This document shows positions 20,739 to 30,438 of a DNA stretch of 64,000 nucleotides, piece by piece. A program made the translations under genes and the position numbers. Origin of the DNA: Candidatus Omnitrophota bacterium (GTDB lineage: Bacteria > Omnitrophota > Gorgyraeia > Gygaellales > Profunditerraquicolaceae). Where the stretch lies: assembly GCA_041662125.1 (NCBI GenBank), contig JBAZTA010000001.1, positions 324,761 to 388,760 on the forward strand. Reading direction: 5' to 3'. Under the pieces are notes generated by a model. The model did no database searches. It was not told the origin of the DNA and was given only the letters and a program-made list of their open reading frames with translations. How positions within the stretch are numbered: position 1 is the first letter of the stretch; every line of letters starts with the position of its first letter.

Positions 20739-21596
20739 TTATTTAATGTATTTTCCGATAATAATTTTTAAATCTTTCTTAACTTTCGCCGGGATACGTA
20801 ATCTGTCGGTCACAATCGCGTACTCAAGAGAAGCCCCACAACCACAACTACGTTTCTCCGGGAGGCCCTGTATCGCAAAGGACAAAATCTTTTTCGCGTT
20901 TTCAATATTCTTCTGCAAATTCCTTATCACCATTTCCGCCGTTACGCTTTCATGATGAGGATGCCAGCAATCATAATCGGTAACTGCCGCCAGCGTCGAA
21001 TAACATATTTCAGCTTCCCGGGCAAGCTTTGCTTCAGGCATATTGGTCATACCAATAACATCCATGCCCCAGCTGCGATAAAGATTCGATTCGGCTCTCG
21101 TAGAAAACGCCGGCCCTTCCATATTAAGATACGTACCGCCGTTATGAATAGTAACTTTTGTTTTCTTTCCCGCGGCATAAACCATTGAACTTAATTCTTT
21201 GCATATCGGATGCGCAAAAACCATATGAGCGACAATTCCGCCGCTAAAGAACGTCATCTCACGGGATTGATTCGTACGGTCAACAAACTGGTCAACTACC
21301 ACAAAATCCAAAGGAGCCAAATGGTCTTTAAGGCTGCCGCAGGCAGTAACTGAAATAATCCGTTCAACCCCCAGTTTTTTCATGCCAAAAATATTAGCGC
21401 GGTAATTTATTTCACTCGGTGAAATACGGTGCCCTCTTCCATGCCGGGGAAGAAAAACAACCTCTTTGCCTTCTAAAATTCCGGTAATAAAAGCATCTGA
21501 AGGCTCTCCAAACGGTGTATGAACGATGCGCTCTTTAACTTTTTTGATCCCCTCAATGTTGTACAGCCCGCTGCCACCTATAATACCGATGCGCAT
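20739..21596 (-). CDS. mtnP: S-methyl-5'-thioadenosine phosphorylase (PNP/MTAP family).
   Basis: MRIGIIGGSGLY N-terminus and PNP_UDP_1 fold motifs. Confidence 0.85.
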   Translation of the reverse strand: MRIGIIGGSGLYNIEGIKKVKERIVHTPFGEPSDAFITGILEGKEVVFLPRHGRGHRISPSEINYRANIFGMKKLGVERIISVTACGSLKDHLAPLDFVVVDQFVDRTNQSREMTFFSGGIVAHMVFAHPICKELSSMVYAAGKKTKVTIHNGGTYLNMEGPAFSTRAESNLYRSWGMDVIGMTNMPEAKLAREAEICYSTLAAVTDYDCWHPHHESVTAEMVIRNLQKNIENAKKILSFAIQGLPEKRSCGCGASLEYAIVTDRLRIPAKVKKDLKIIIGKYIK

Positions 21597-21630
21597 ATAC
21601 CGTGCTCCTTTTTACAAGTACTTCCAAATC

Positions 21631-22497
21631 TTACTGCATTTCCGTATAATCGATCCTCTTTGACAGTTCTTCAGCGCGCCTGCGAGCTACTTCCACCGCC
21701 TCTTTTAATCCTGCGCCGCTATGTAAAACCTGTAAAGCAGCTTCAGTCGTTCCCCCCTTGCTAACAATTTGAGCCAGTAATTCCAGAGGGGAAAGCCCTG
21801 TTACGCTAAGCATTCCCAGGCTTCCCTCAACAGTCGCCCGAGACAACACCTGGGCCTGCTCTTCATTAAACCCGATATTTTTTGCTGCCGCTAAGAGACG
21901 GGGGAAAAAAACTTCCCAGCTGAAACGGTTAACCTCATCCATTTTCTTTAAATTAATATTTTCTTTAATCAGCAAATCATAAAAATATCCCGGGCCGCTG
22001 CCGGAAATCGCGGTTGCTGAGTTCATCATATATTCAGGGATAACCACGGTCTCTCCCAAGTGATTAAATAACTGCGTGACAAAAAGTAAATCTTGAGCAC
22101 TGGTAAACTTGCCTGCACATAAACAAGAAATGCCTTTACCGATACGGGCAGGCATGTTTGGCATGACCCGGACAACGCGAGCATCGACTAAATACTTTTC
22201 GATATATTCCATACGTAACCCGGCTGCAATAGAAATAACAAGGACATCGTGTGTGTGCCCCTTGATTCCTCCTAAAAGAGCGTCAAAATCCTGAGGTTTG
22301 ACCGCAAGTATCAACGCGACAACCCTATCTGCCACTTCTACCGCGCTACTCCCCACCTGAACATCTAAAATTTGATCGGTCTTTTTGAAATCATGGTCAT
22401 AAATGAACAATTCATAGAGATCTTTATGCTGTTTAAGCCTTTCGCCTATCACCATTCCCATATTGCCATAACCGATAATACCAATCTGCTTTTTCAT
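21631..22497 (-). CDS. proC: Pyrroline-5-carboxylate reductase.
   Basis: IGIIGYGNMG Rossmann motif and a P5CR C-terminal dimerisation domain. Confidence 0.85.
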   Translation of the reverse strand: MKKQIGIIGYGNMGMVIGERLKQHKDLYELFIYDHDFKKTDQILDVQVGSSAVEVADRVVALILAVKPQDFDALLGGIKGHTHDVLVISIAAGLRMEYIEKYLVDARVVRVMPNMPARIGKGISCLCAGKFTSAQDLLFVTQLFNHLGETVVIPEYMMNSATAISGSGPGYFYDLLIKENINLKKMDEVNRFSWEVFFPRLLAAAKNIGFNEEQAQVLSRATVEGSLGMLSVTGLSPLELLAQIVSKGGTTEAALQVLHSGAGLKEAVEVARRRAEELSKRIDYTEMQ

Positions 22498-22512
22498 GCC
22501 TTTATACGATTA

Positions 22513-23181
22513 TTATACACCGGTTTCAAAAATGACTCTGCCGAGCCGCACCAGAGAAGCGCCTTCCTGGATTGCAACCTCAAAATCACCGCTCATGCCC
22601 ATAGAAAGAATAGTTAATTGATGAATATCGTTAATTTCGTTAAACAAAGCTCTCGCTCTCTTGAAATACGGCCGCGCCGTTTCCGGATCATCTACGATCG
22701 GAGCAATCGCCATTAAACCTTTTATACGGATGTTCCCGAAACCAGAAATTTCTTTGACGATTTCAACGGCCTCTTCAGGCCTTATTCCAAATTTTGATTT
22801 ATCCCTGGAGATGTTCACCTCAACCAAAATATCCTGAATTTTATGGATCTTGGCTGCCTGCCGGTCAATTTCCTCTGCCAGGCGAAGGCTATCGACTGAC
22901 TCGATCAGATCAAAAATCCTGACCGCATCTTTTGCCTTATTGGTTTGCAGATGGCCGACCATATGCCAGGTGATAGGCGATAACGATCTGTATTTAGAAA
23001 GCGCTTCTTGTACTTTGTTTTCGCCAATATGAGTAATACCGCCAGCCACGACTTCTTCAATGCTGGCAATATCCCTGCCCTTAGAAACCGCGACTATCGC
23101 GACACTCTCGGGATCACGGTTGGCGCCGGCGCAGATTAAAGAAATCCGCTTTTTTATTCCAGCAATATTTTCTTTAATCAT
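22513..23181 (-). CDS. yggS: YggS-family pyridoxal-phosphate homeostasis protein.
   Basis: Alanine-racemase N-domain-like, 222 aa, with the VAVSKGR PLP-lysine motif. Confidence 0.85.
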   Translation of the reverse strand: MIKENIAGIKKRISLICAGANRDPESVAIVAVSKGRDIASIEEVVAGGITHIGENKVQEALSKYRSLSPITWHMVGHLQTNKAKDAVRIFDLIESVDSLRLAEEIDRQAAKIHKIQDILVEVNISRDKSKFGIRPEEAVEIVKEISGFGNIRIKGLMAIAPIVDDPETARPYFKRARALFNEINDIHQLTILSMGMSGDFEVAIQEGASLVRLGRVIFETGV

Positions 23182-23262
23182 CTTTAAACAAAGCCGGCTT
23201 TAAAACGATCACAGAAAAATGGTTTAACTGGAATATTATATACTATAAATTATCAGGGTCAA

Positions 23263-24516
23263 TTAAAAGTATTCCTGATAGATATCTTTGATTTTATTGA
23301 TTGTTTTCAGGAATGGATTCCGGGACGGCTGGATAGCCGGCAAAGCCAAAGGCTTACTTTCTCGCTGAGTAAAACAAATGATCCCCAAAGCCGCAAGATA
23401 GGATAAATATTTTTGCCCCGAGAGATTCCCCTGTTTATGGATTGCGGCTGCCAAATCAGGATTAACAATCCTTCCGAGCCGTGTTGGCACACCCAATACC
23501 TTCTCAAGCATTTCAAGAAGCCCCTCCTGCTGAAAAGCCCTCCCGCAAACGACAACCCGGTCAACTCCAGTACAAGGCATATGTTTCTCTATCGTGCCTA
23601 AAAGGCTTTGGCAAAATGATTTTGCTTTCGCGGTAAGACAATCGGTAACCATTTTTAATTTTATCGGGTTATACACAGTATCTTTTTTAATCAGGATTTC
23701 TTTATCCTGGCTCGTTTCGGGCCTCTCATCAATAACGCCATGCGTGATTTTGATCTCTTCGGCAAAATCAAAAGAGATCTTTAATTCTCGCGCCAGTTCC
23801 AGCGTAAAATCATTGCCCCCTACCGGCAAGATCTCGATGATCTTAAGAGCGTCATCCTGAAAGAACAACAACTCGGTAATATCACTGCCGACATCGCAAA
23901 ATACGGTCATGCCATGATTATCTTCCGGAGAAAACACAGCTGCACTCGTCGCAAGTCCCGAGAAAAACAGGTCTTTTATTTCGTAACCGGCCTGATTAAC
24001 CGCATGCGTGAAACTCTGTAACGCCGATAATCGCGCGCAAATCAGGTATAAATCGATTTCTAATTTATGGCTATAGAGCCCCAACGGATTTAAACAATTG
24101 CTTTTGGAATCAATATTATAACTATACGGGATCTCATGGATGATCTCTTCATCAAGGTTGGACCCCAGGATCACTGCCTGCTCCTTGACTTTTTGAATAT
24201 CTGAATTGGTAATGACCTTATTGCCGCGCTCAATAAGCGGAAGGATCGCCCGGCTATGCCTGGTAATGACTTCTTTACCGGAAAGGTTAACGTAAATGTA
24301 TTTAATCGCGATCCCGGACTTTACTTTCAGGTTTTTCAATAAAGAACTCACACCACTGACCAAGGCAACAGAATCAACAATCGCGCCATTTTTAACAGCC
24401 TGAGAAGCCACCGTATCACAAAAAACATCAACCACTCGCTTTTTCTTGACTACAACCACGGCAGCGGAAATCTTACTATTGCCGATATCCACGGCACAAA
24501 CATAATTCGTAAGCAT
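23263..24516 (-). CDS. ftsA: Cell division protein FtsA (divergent).
   Basis: VDIGNSKISAAV phosphate-1 motif and actin/HSP70 fold; lies after ftsQ. Confidence 0.85.
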   Translation of the reverse strand: MLTNYVCAVDIGNSKISAAVVVVKKKRVVDVFCDTVASQAVKNGAIVDSVALVSGVSSLLKNLKVKSGIAIKYIYVNLSGKEVITRHSRAILPLIERGNKVITNSDIQKVKEQAVILGSNLDEEIIHEIPYSYNIDSKSNCLNPLGLYSHKLEIDLYLICARLSALQSFTHAVNQAGYEIKDLFFSGLATSAAVFSPEDNHGMTVFCDVGSDITELLFFQDDALKIIEILPVGGNDFTLELARELKISFDFAEEIKITHGVIDERPETSQDKEILIKKDTVYNPIKLKMVTDCLTAKAKSFCQSLLGTIEKHMPCTGVDRVVVCGRAFQQEGLLEMLEKVLGVPTRLGRIVNPDLAAAIHKQGNLSGQKYLSYLAALGIICFTQRESKPLALPAIQPSRNPFLKTINKIKDIYQEYF

Positions 24517-24532
24517 AGCCTTTAAAAAAACC

Positions 24533-25324
24533 TCACTTATCTTTAAATCGTATCACCGGCTCTTTAAACCGCATATCTATATACTGAATCGTAGCTAAAT
24601 CGTTGTTAAACTGCGTAAATAATCCGGACAGAATACTTATCTTTTCATCGACCTTCCCGGAATTAATCCGGACTTCCAAATCCTGCATCGTTAATTCATT
24701 TTCGCTCTGAGGGTTGCTCGGCCGGCTGGCAATAGGGATAAAAAAAGAAATCATCTCTGGTTTTTTTATATCAATACGGGCGATCCGGTATGATTTGAGC
24801 ACCCTGTCCCCACGCGTTGCCTGAATAATATCCAGAGCAAAAGCAAGCTGAGGAATATGATATTGACTCCCGACATGTGGGAAAGAAAGCCTGTTTTCCA
24901 GCCCTACAATAATAGGCAAATCGGGATCTTGCGGCAGAAAATCAGCATCCCACAACGATAATTCCCTGTCAACATAATAATACCGCCCCAGCTTAACGGC
25001 AGCCAACGCAATACGCTCCTGCAAATCAACAAACAACTGGTTCGGCAAAATCCTTATTATCCTGATCTTCTTATAAACCGGATATAACTCAGAGACATGC
25101 CGGGCTATTTTCTTTAAATCAAGAACAAAGATGTTCCTGCCTTTCAGGAATGAAACATTTTCCGGCTTGTTGGCGTTAACAATAACATCTTTGACCAAAA
25201 AATAATCGCAATTTCTTATCCACCGCAGGCTATAAACTCCCAAAGCATATAACGCCAGAAAAATCATTCCCGCAGAAACCAGATATTTAAAAACTAACCC
25301 CTGAAACTTGGGAGACTTTTTCAT
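24533..25324 (-). CDS. ftsQ: Cell division protein FtsQ (POTRA domain).
   Basis: Single N-terminal TM and POTRA-like region, between ddl and ftsA. Confidence 0.7.
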   Translation of the reverse strand: MKKSPKFQGLVFKYLVSAGMIFLALYALGVYSLRWIRNCDYFLVKDVIVNANKPENVSFLKGRNIFVLDLKKIARHVSELYPVYKKIRIIRILPNQLFVDLQERIALAAVKLGRYYYVDRELSLWDADFLPQDPDLPIIVGLENRLSFPHVGSQYHIPQLAFALDIIQATRGDRVLKSYRIARIDIKKPEMISFFIPIASRPSNPQSENELTMQDLEVRINSGKVDEKISILSGLFTQFNNDLATIQYIDMRFKEPVIRFKDK

Positions 25325-26252
25325 AAGCTAATTCAAGCAACCTTGTGCAAAGCTGATTAAATCCCATCCCGGTCAACCACGCTGCCTTCGGTAAAAGGCT
25401 GGTTTCAGTAAGACCGGGGATCGTATTAACCTCCAACACAAACGGTATATGATCCTCTGTTAAAATAATATCCACCCGGGAACACCCATAACACCCCAAA
25501 AGGTTATGAGCCGATAATGCCACATCCTGCACTTTATGAACCAGCGACTCATCGATCTGTGCGGGTACTCTATACTGAGTCAGCCCCGGTTTATACTTAG
25601 CTTCAAAATCAAAAAAACGATGAGTTGGGATAATCTCAATGACCGGCAGTGCTTTATTATCAAGAATGGCTACCGTAAGCTCTTTTCCATGGATATATTC
25701 ATCAACGAGGACATGGCTATCATAACTGAAAGCAAACTCTATCGCCTTTTCTAAATCTTCTCTGCGGTCAACGATCGATAAGCCGATACTTGACCCGTGC
25801 GTAGCAGGCTTGACCACCAGCGGCAGACGAAGCTCACTGATCCGCTGCAAACTCGCAGCGCTCAACCCTTGATCCAACGCCACATATCGCGGGGTAGCTA
25901 ACCCGTGCGCATCAAAAATCTCGCGTGAAGCGATTTTATCCATTGCCAGCCTGCTGGCGATAGCGCCTGAACCGGTATACGGGATCTTCAAGTTATCCAA
26001 TAAACCCTGGAGGATCCCGTCTTCTCCAAAATGCCCGTGTAACGCCAAGAATATACAATCAAGGTGCTCTAATTTAAGCAACCGGGCATTCGCGGGGATA
26101 TCGTCCGACACAATATCGATCGGGACAACAGAACAACCCTCCTTACTCAAACTTTCATACACCGCCTTGCCTGACTTAAGAGAGATCTCCCGTTCCGTAG
26201 ACGGGCCTCCCATTAATATACCGATCCTGCCGAATTTAGATTCTCTGCTCAT
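25287..26252 (-). CDS. ddl: D-alanine--D-alanine ligase.
   Basis: ATP-grasp fold with LHGHFGEDG and EVNTIPG motifs. Confidence 0.9.
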   Translation of the reverse strand: MSRESKFGRIGILMGGPSTEREISLKSGKAVYESLSKEGCSVVPIDIVSDDIPANARLLKLEHLDCIFLALHGHFGEDGILQGLLDNLKIPYTGSGAIASRLAMDKIASREIFDAHGLATPRYVALDQGLSAASLQRISELRLPLVVKPATHGSSIGLSIVDRREDLEKAIEFAFSYDSHVLVDEYIHGKELTVAILDNKALPVIEIIPTHRFFDFEAKYKPGLTQYRVPAQIDESLVHKVQDVALSAHNLLGCYGCSRVDIILTEDHIPFVLEVNTIPGLTETSLLPKAAWLTGMGFNQLCTRLLELAYEKVSQVSGVSF

Positions 26253-26267
26253 GTTTTTAGATTATTG

Positions 26268-27197
26268 TTACTGCCATATTTTGATCTCCGGCTGTAACGT
26301 TAGTTTATATTTCTTTTTCACGGCACTTTTTACCAATCCCATTAATGCCAGGACATCAGATGCTTTCGCGTTTCCCCGGTTAAGCAGGAAATTAGCGTGC
26401 TTTCCCGAGATATACGCATCGCGGATATGTTCCCCTTTTAAACCGCAGGAATCGATCAACTGGCCTGCAGAATATGATTGAGGATTCTTAAAAACACACC
26501 CCGCAGAAGGAAACGAAAGGTCCTGGGTTTGACGCCGGTAATCTCTATAATGCCGCATAATTCTTGAAATTTCCCTCGCATCTTTTTCGCGCAGGGCCAG
26601 CCGCGCGCCAAGAACAATATATTTCGATAAACTTGACCTGCGATAACCAAAGGTAATATCTTCTTTCGACACTACCTTTAAACTTCCATTATAACTCATT
26701 ACGGTAACATTTTCCACTAAATCCCCAATATTTATTGCTGCGCGGCAATCGAAAGACGACTTCTTTGAAATCCCCGCGTTCATCACGAGCGCCCCTCCAA
26801 GCGTTCCCGGGATCCCGCTTAAGAATTCCAGCCCCGAGAACCCCCGCTTCTTTGCAGCCATAACGATCTCGCCTAGCCACCTGCCCGCGCCGGCATCAAG
26901 TACGCCTGCCTGAAAATCTAATTCTTTAAAAGCAGGTGAGCTCAACGATATCACAACCCGCTCAACGCCTTTATCAGAAACCAAAAGATTACTGCCGCCA
27001 CCTATTACTGAAAATGGTATTGTATGTTTTTTTAAAGAAACAATCAAGGCTTTTAAGTCATCACTATCTTTCGGCTCGACAAAAAAACGCGCCGGCCCCC
27101 CGATACGAAAGCTGGTATGCTTTTTAAGCGGCTCCTGTTTCTTAACGCTTCCTTTTAAGTTCTTCCACCAATTCATCGCAAACCTTGATAATGTCAC
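26268..27197 (-). CDS. murB: UDP-N-acetylenolpyruvoylglucosamine reductase.
   Basis: FAD-binding TSFRIGGPA motif and a MurB C-terminal domain. Confidence 0.9.
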   Translation of the reverse strand: MTLSRFAMNWWKNLKGSVKKQEPLKKHTSFRIGGPARFFVEPKDSDDLKALIVSLKKHTIPFSVIGGGSNLLVSDKGVERVVISLSSPAFKELDFQAGVLDAGAGRWLGEIVMAAKKRGFSGLEFLSGIPGTLGGALVMNAGISKKSSFDCRAAINIGDLVENVTVMSYNGSLKVVSKEDITFGYRRSSLSKYIVLGARLALREKDAREISRIMRHYRDYRRQTQDLSFPSAGCVFKNPQSYSAGQLIDSCGLKGEHIRDAYISGKHANFLLNRGNAKASDVLALMGLVKSAVKKKYKLTLQPEIKIWQ

Positions 27198-28515
27198 CTG
27201 CCCCCAAAGTGATAATCAGATCTCCCGCAGCACGTATCTTAAGCAAATGGCTGACTATCAGGTCTTTCGGGACAAAATGTACCTCTCTATCCGGATAACG
27301 CTTTTTTATCTTATCACACATAACAGACGCCTCAACGCCCTCACGGGGAGGTTCGCTGGCAGCATAAATATCAGTAATAATCACATAATCAGCATCGTCA
27401 AAACTTGCGCAAAATTCATCCATAAGTAATTGTGTGCGGCTATACCGGTGCGGCTGGAATACCGCGATGATCCTCTCCCGCGGCATAGCAGTAATCGCAG
27501 ACAACGTTGCCTTGATCTCAGTCGGATGATGCGCGTAATCATCAATAACCAAACACCCGTCCCCTCGAAACTTGATCTCTTGCCGACGGCAGGAGCCTTT
27601 ATAGTTCGACAGGACATTTTTAATCACATCCATGCCAATACCCAGATGCATTCCCAGAGCGATCACCGCCAAAGAATTAGATATATTATGCCTGCCTCCC
27701 AGCGCCAAATGAATCCGCCCCAGGCACGTATTATTATAATAACAGTCAAATGAAGAGGTTAAATCTTTAAACAGGATATTGCGCGGATAAATATCTGCGC
27801 GCTCATCAAGGCCAAACAAAACATATTTATTTTTATAGTCAGCCGCCAAACGCCGCAGGTTATCATCGTCATAGCAAGATATCAGAAGGCCGCCCTCGCG
27901 GATACGCCCCATGAAATCACTATACGCCTCAATGATATGCGCGAAATCACGGTAATAATCCAAATGCTCCCTGTCAATATTAGTAATGACTGCGTAGTGC
28001 GGCTTATAATATAAAAAAGTACCGTCGGACTCATCCGCCTCAGCCACAAAGAAATCCCCTTTTCCGAACGAAGCATTCGTGTCGATATTCTTAACAATGC
28101 CTCCGACTGCTATTGTCGGAGAAAGCCCTGCCTCCAATAAGAGGTACGCGATAAGAGAACTTGTCGTGGTTTTCCCGTGGCTGCCGGTAACCGCGATGAC
28201 CGTTTTATCTGCCATTAAATCAACAAGCGCCTGGGCGCGTTTGATCACGCTCACCCCTCGTTTAACCGCTTCCTGAAACTCTGGATTATCCTCTTTTATC
28301 GCGGAAGAATAAATAATGAGTTGCGCACCATCGATATTGCTGGGTTTATGCCCGATAAATATTTCCACACCCGCAAGCCTCAGGGCATCGGTCGTTTTAC
28401 TGGCCTTACAATCAGACCCGCTGATCTTAATACCGCGGCCAAGCAAAAGATACGCTATAGCGCTCATGCCAATACCGCCGATCCCGATCAAATGATATTG
28501 TTTCTGTCCGGTCAT
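27142..28515 (-). CDS. murC: UDP-N-acetylmuramate--L-alanine ligase.
   Basis: GIGGIGMSA N-terminus and the Mur ligase GSHGKTTT motif. Confidence 0.9.
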   Translation of the reverse strand: MTGQKQYHLIGIGGIGMSAIAYLLLGRGIKISGSDCKASKTTDALRLAGVEIFIGHKPSNIDGAQLIIYSSAIKEDNPEFQEAVKRGVSVIKRAQALVDLMADKTVIAVTGSHGKTTTSSLIAYLLLEAGLSPTIAVGGIVKNIDTNASFGKGDFFVAEADESDGTFLYYKPHYAVITNIDREHLDYYRDFAHIIEAYSDFMGRIREGGLLISCYDDDNLRRLAADYKNKYVLFGLDERADIYPRNILFKDLTSSFDCYYNNTCLGRIHLALGGRHNISNSLAVIALGMHLGIGMDVIKNVLSNYKGSCRRQEIKFRGDGCLVIDDYAHHPTEIKATLSAITAMPRERIIAVFQPHRYSRTQLLMDEFCASFDDADYVIITDIYAASEPPREGVEASVMCDKIKKRYPDREVHFVPKDLIVSHLLKIRAAGDLIITLGAGDIIKVCDELVEELKRKR

Positions 28516-28528
28516 TTCTTATCTACTG

Positions 28529-29311
28529 TTATTTTTTACTGGTAAGAGAACGCATCCAGGCATCACCCATCTCCGCGACACTCCCGAAACTATAGGTGCT
28601 TGCCAAGGACCTCACCAGGTCCTGCTTATCCCGTAACGCCTGGCAGAATGACACAAACCTATCCGCCCCAAACGTTCGTATGAGATAGTCGACCACATTG
28701 ACTGACTCCGCGTAAAACAACTGAACCACAGACTGATCCCCCATCATCTGCGGGTTTAACTGCACAAGCGTTTCAAAACGTATAAATACGTTCATGCGTA
28801 TTGCTTCTCTGATAAGCTGCCCTGCTGAAGCGACCCGGGATGCTTCCTGATAAGAAGCGACTCCTTCATCCAGGCAAACGGGAACCGCGCGGTTATTAAA
28901 ACCAACAAATTCCCTGAAAATAATATGCGCCATTTCGTGAGGCAGAAGCGATTCAAAAAAACCTGACGCATTGGTGAAGGTATGGATGATTTTCTCCTGA
29001 GGACGAACTGCACCGCTTACCCAGGACGGCTGTCCGGTAGCAGCATGGAAACTTCCCGCGTCATCATGGATATAGATCAGCGCCCGGTTATCCCAAAGCC
29101 AGAAATTATAACGGCGAAACCCTAATCTTTCCGTAATCCTATCATAACAGGCTTCCAGCTTCTCAATCGAGCGGTTAACAAAATCAAGAGGTGCATTCTT
29201 ATAATGAACAATAAAATGCGTGCTCTTTGCCTGCTGCCACGCCGGCTCTGCGCAAACCGCAAAGGAATGCGTAAGTGTGATACAACACAAGAGAAAAAAT
29301 AATCGTTTCAT
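28529..29311 (-). CDS. Secreted HExxH zinc metallopeptidase-like protein (Peptidase_MA_2-like), inserted between murG and murC.
   Basis: Signal peptide MKRLFFLLCCITLTHSFAVCA, then HEMAHII followed by LDEGVASY (HExxH...EG.A.Y). Confidence 0.6.
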   Translation of the reverse strand: MKRLFFLLCCITLTHSFAVCAEPAWQQAKSTHFIVHYKNAPLDFVNRSIEKLEACYDRITERLGFRRYNFWLWDNRALIYIHDDAGSFHAATGQPSWVSGAVRPQEKIIHTFTNASGFFESLLPHEMAHIIFREFVGFNNRAVPVCLDEGVASYQEASRVASAGQLIREAIRMNVFIRFETLVQLNPQMMGDQSVVQLFYAESVNVVDYLIRTFGADRFVSFCQALRDKQDLVRSLASTYSFGSVAEMGDAWMRSLTSKK

Positions 29312-30399
29312 CTTTCAAGCAGTCCAAACGCCTCAGCAACAAGAGTCACGTCAGCTTTAAGGCGGATATGACTTTCTGCATCAAACGAAGGTGTCCTGTT
29401 CTTTAAAGGACGGCGCAGGAAATCGGCAATCACCGTGCGCATCCGCGAAGCGTTTAATTGTTGTTCTTCAATAATGACCGCGCCTAAATCTTCTGCCAGG
29501 ACAGAAGCATTTTCCCGCTGATGCGCGTAGGCAAAAGGATAGGGAATAATAAGCGCCGGTAATCCAAAGAAAAGAAGTTCCGCCAGCGTAGTAGCTCCTG
29601 CCCGCGAGACGACAAAATCGCATGCACTATAGGAATACTCCATTGATTCAATAAAAGCAAAAACCCTGGCGCGCATCTTTAAATCGCGATACTGCTTTTG
29701 CACTGTTTCAAGATCCCCGGAGCCGGCAAGATGTATAACCTGCAGCTTCTCCCTTTCGGGCATCGCGGCAATAGCTTCCAAAAAACTAAGGTTGATCCGG
29801 TGGCTGCCTTGGCTGCCCCCCATCACTAAAAGTGTCGTTAATCCAGATTCAAAACCAAAAAACTCCAACGCTTTCTTTTTGTCAACCCGAACCAAACCCG
29901 AGCGTAAGGGATTACCGGTTACGACGATCTTATGGCCAGCGTTCTTGAAGAACGCTTTTGTCCTCTCAAAGGAAACAGCGATCCGATGAGCAAACCGGGC
30001 TAAGAACATATTCGCTTTTCCCGGAACCACATTCTGCTCATGCAGCATGATTTTAACCCCCGCCAAACGCGCGAAGAAAACAATGGGGATACAAACAATA
30101 CTGCCAAAAGCAACCACCAGTTCCGGGCGAAAAGAAATAAGGATTACCAGGCTTTCAAAAAAAGCACGGCATAATTGCAGCAGCGCGGCGGCATTCTGAA
30201 GGGTCAGTTTCCTACCGATAGGCACGACGGAAATAAATGCCGTTCGATAACCGCTCAAATCAAGATGCCGCTTAATACTGACGCGCGGCAAAACTAATAA
30301 AGCTTCAGGACAAGTGGGGCGTTTTTTACAGCTATCTAAAAAACTTAAAGCGGGAAAAATATGCCCGCCGCTTGCTCCGGTAACAACTAAAATCTTCAT
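29308..30399 (-). CDS. murG: Lipid II synthase MurG (UDP-GlcNAc transferase).
   Basis: TGASGGHIFPALS N-terminal motif and a GT28 C-terminal domain. Confidence 0.9.
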   Translation of the reverse strand: MKILVVTGASGGHIFPALSFLDSCKKRPTCPEALLVLPRVSIKRHLDLSGYRTAFISVVPIGRKLTLQNAAALLQLCRAFFESLVILISFRPELVVAFGSIVCIPIVFFARLAGVKIMLHEQNVVPGKANMFLARFAHRIAVSFERTKAFFKNAGHKIVVTGNPLRSGLVRVDKKKALEFFGFESGLTTLLVMGGSQGSHRINLSFLEAIAAMPEREKLQVIHLAGSGDLETVQKQYRDLKMRARVFAFIESMEYSYSACDFVVSRAGATTLAELLFFGLPALIIPYPFAYAHQRENASVLAEDLGAVIIEEQQLNASRMRTVIADFLRRPLKNRTPSFDAESHIRLKADVTLVAEAFGLLER

Positions 30400-30438
30400 A
30401 TCAAGCTACCTATGGTAATTACGCCTTGAATTCTACCC

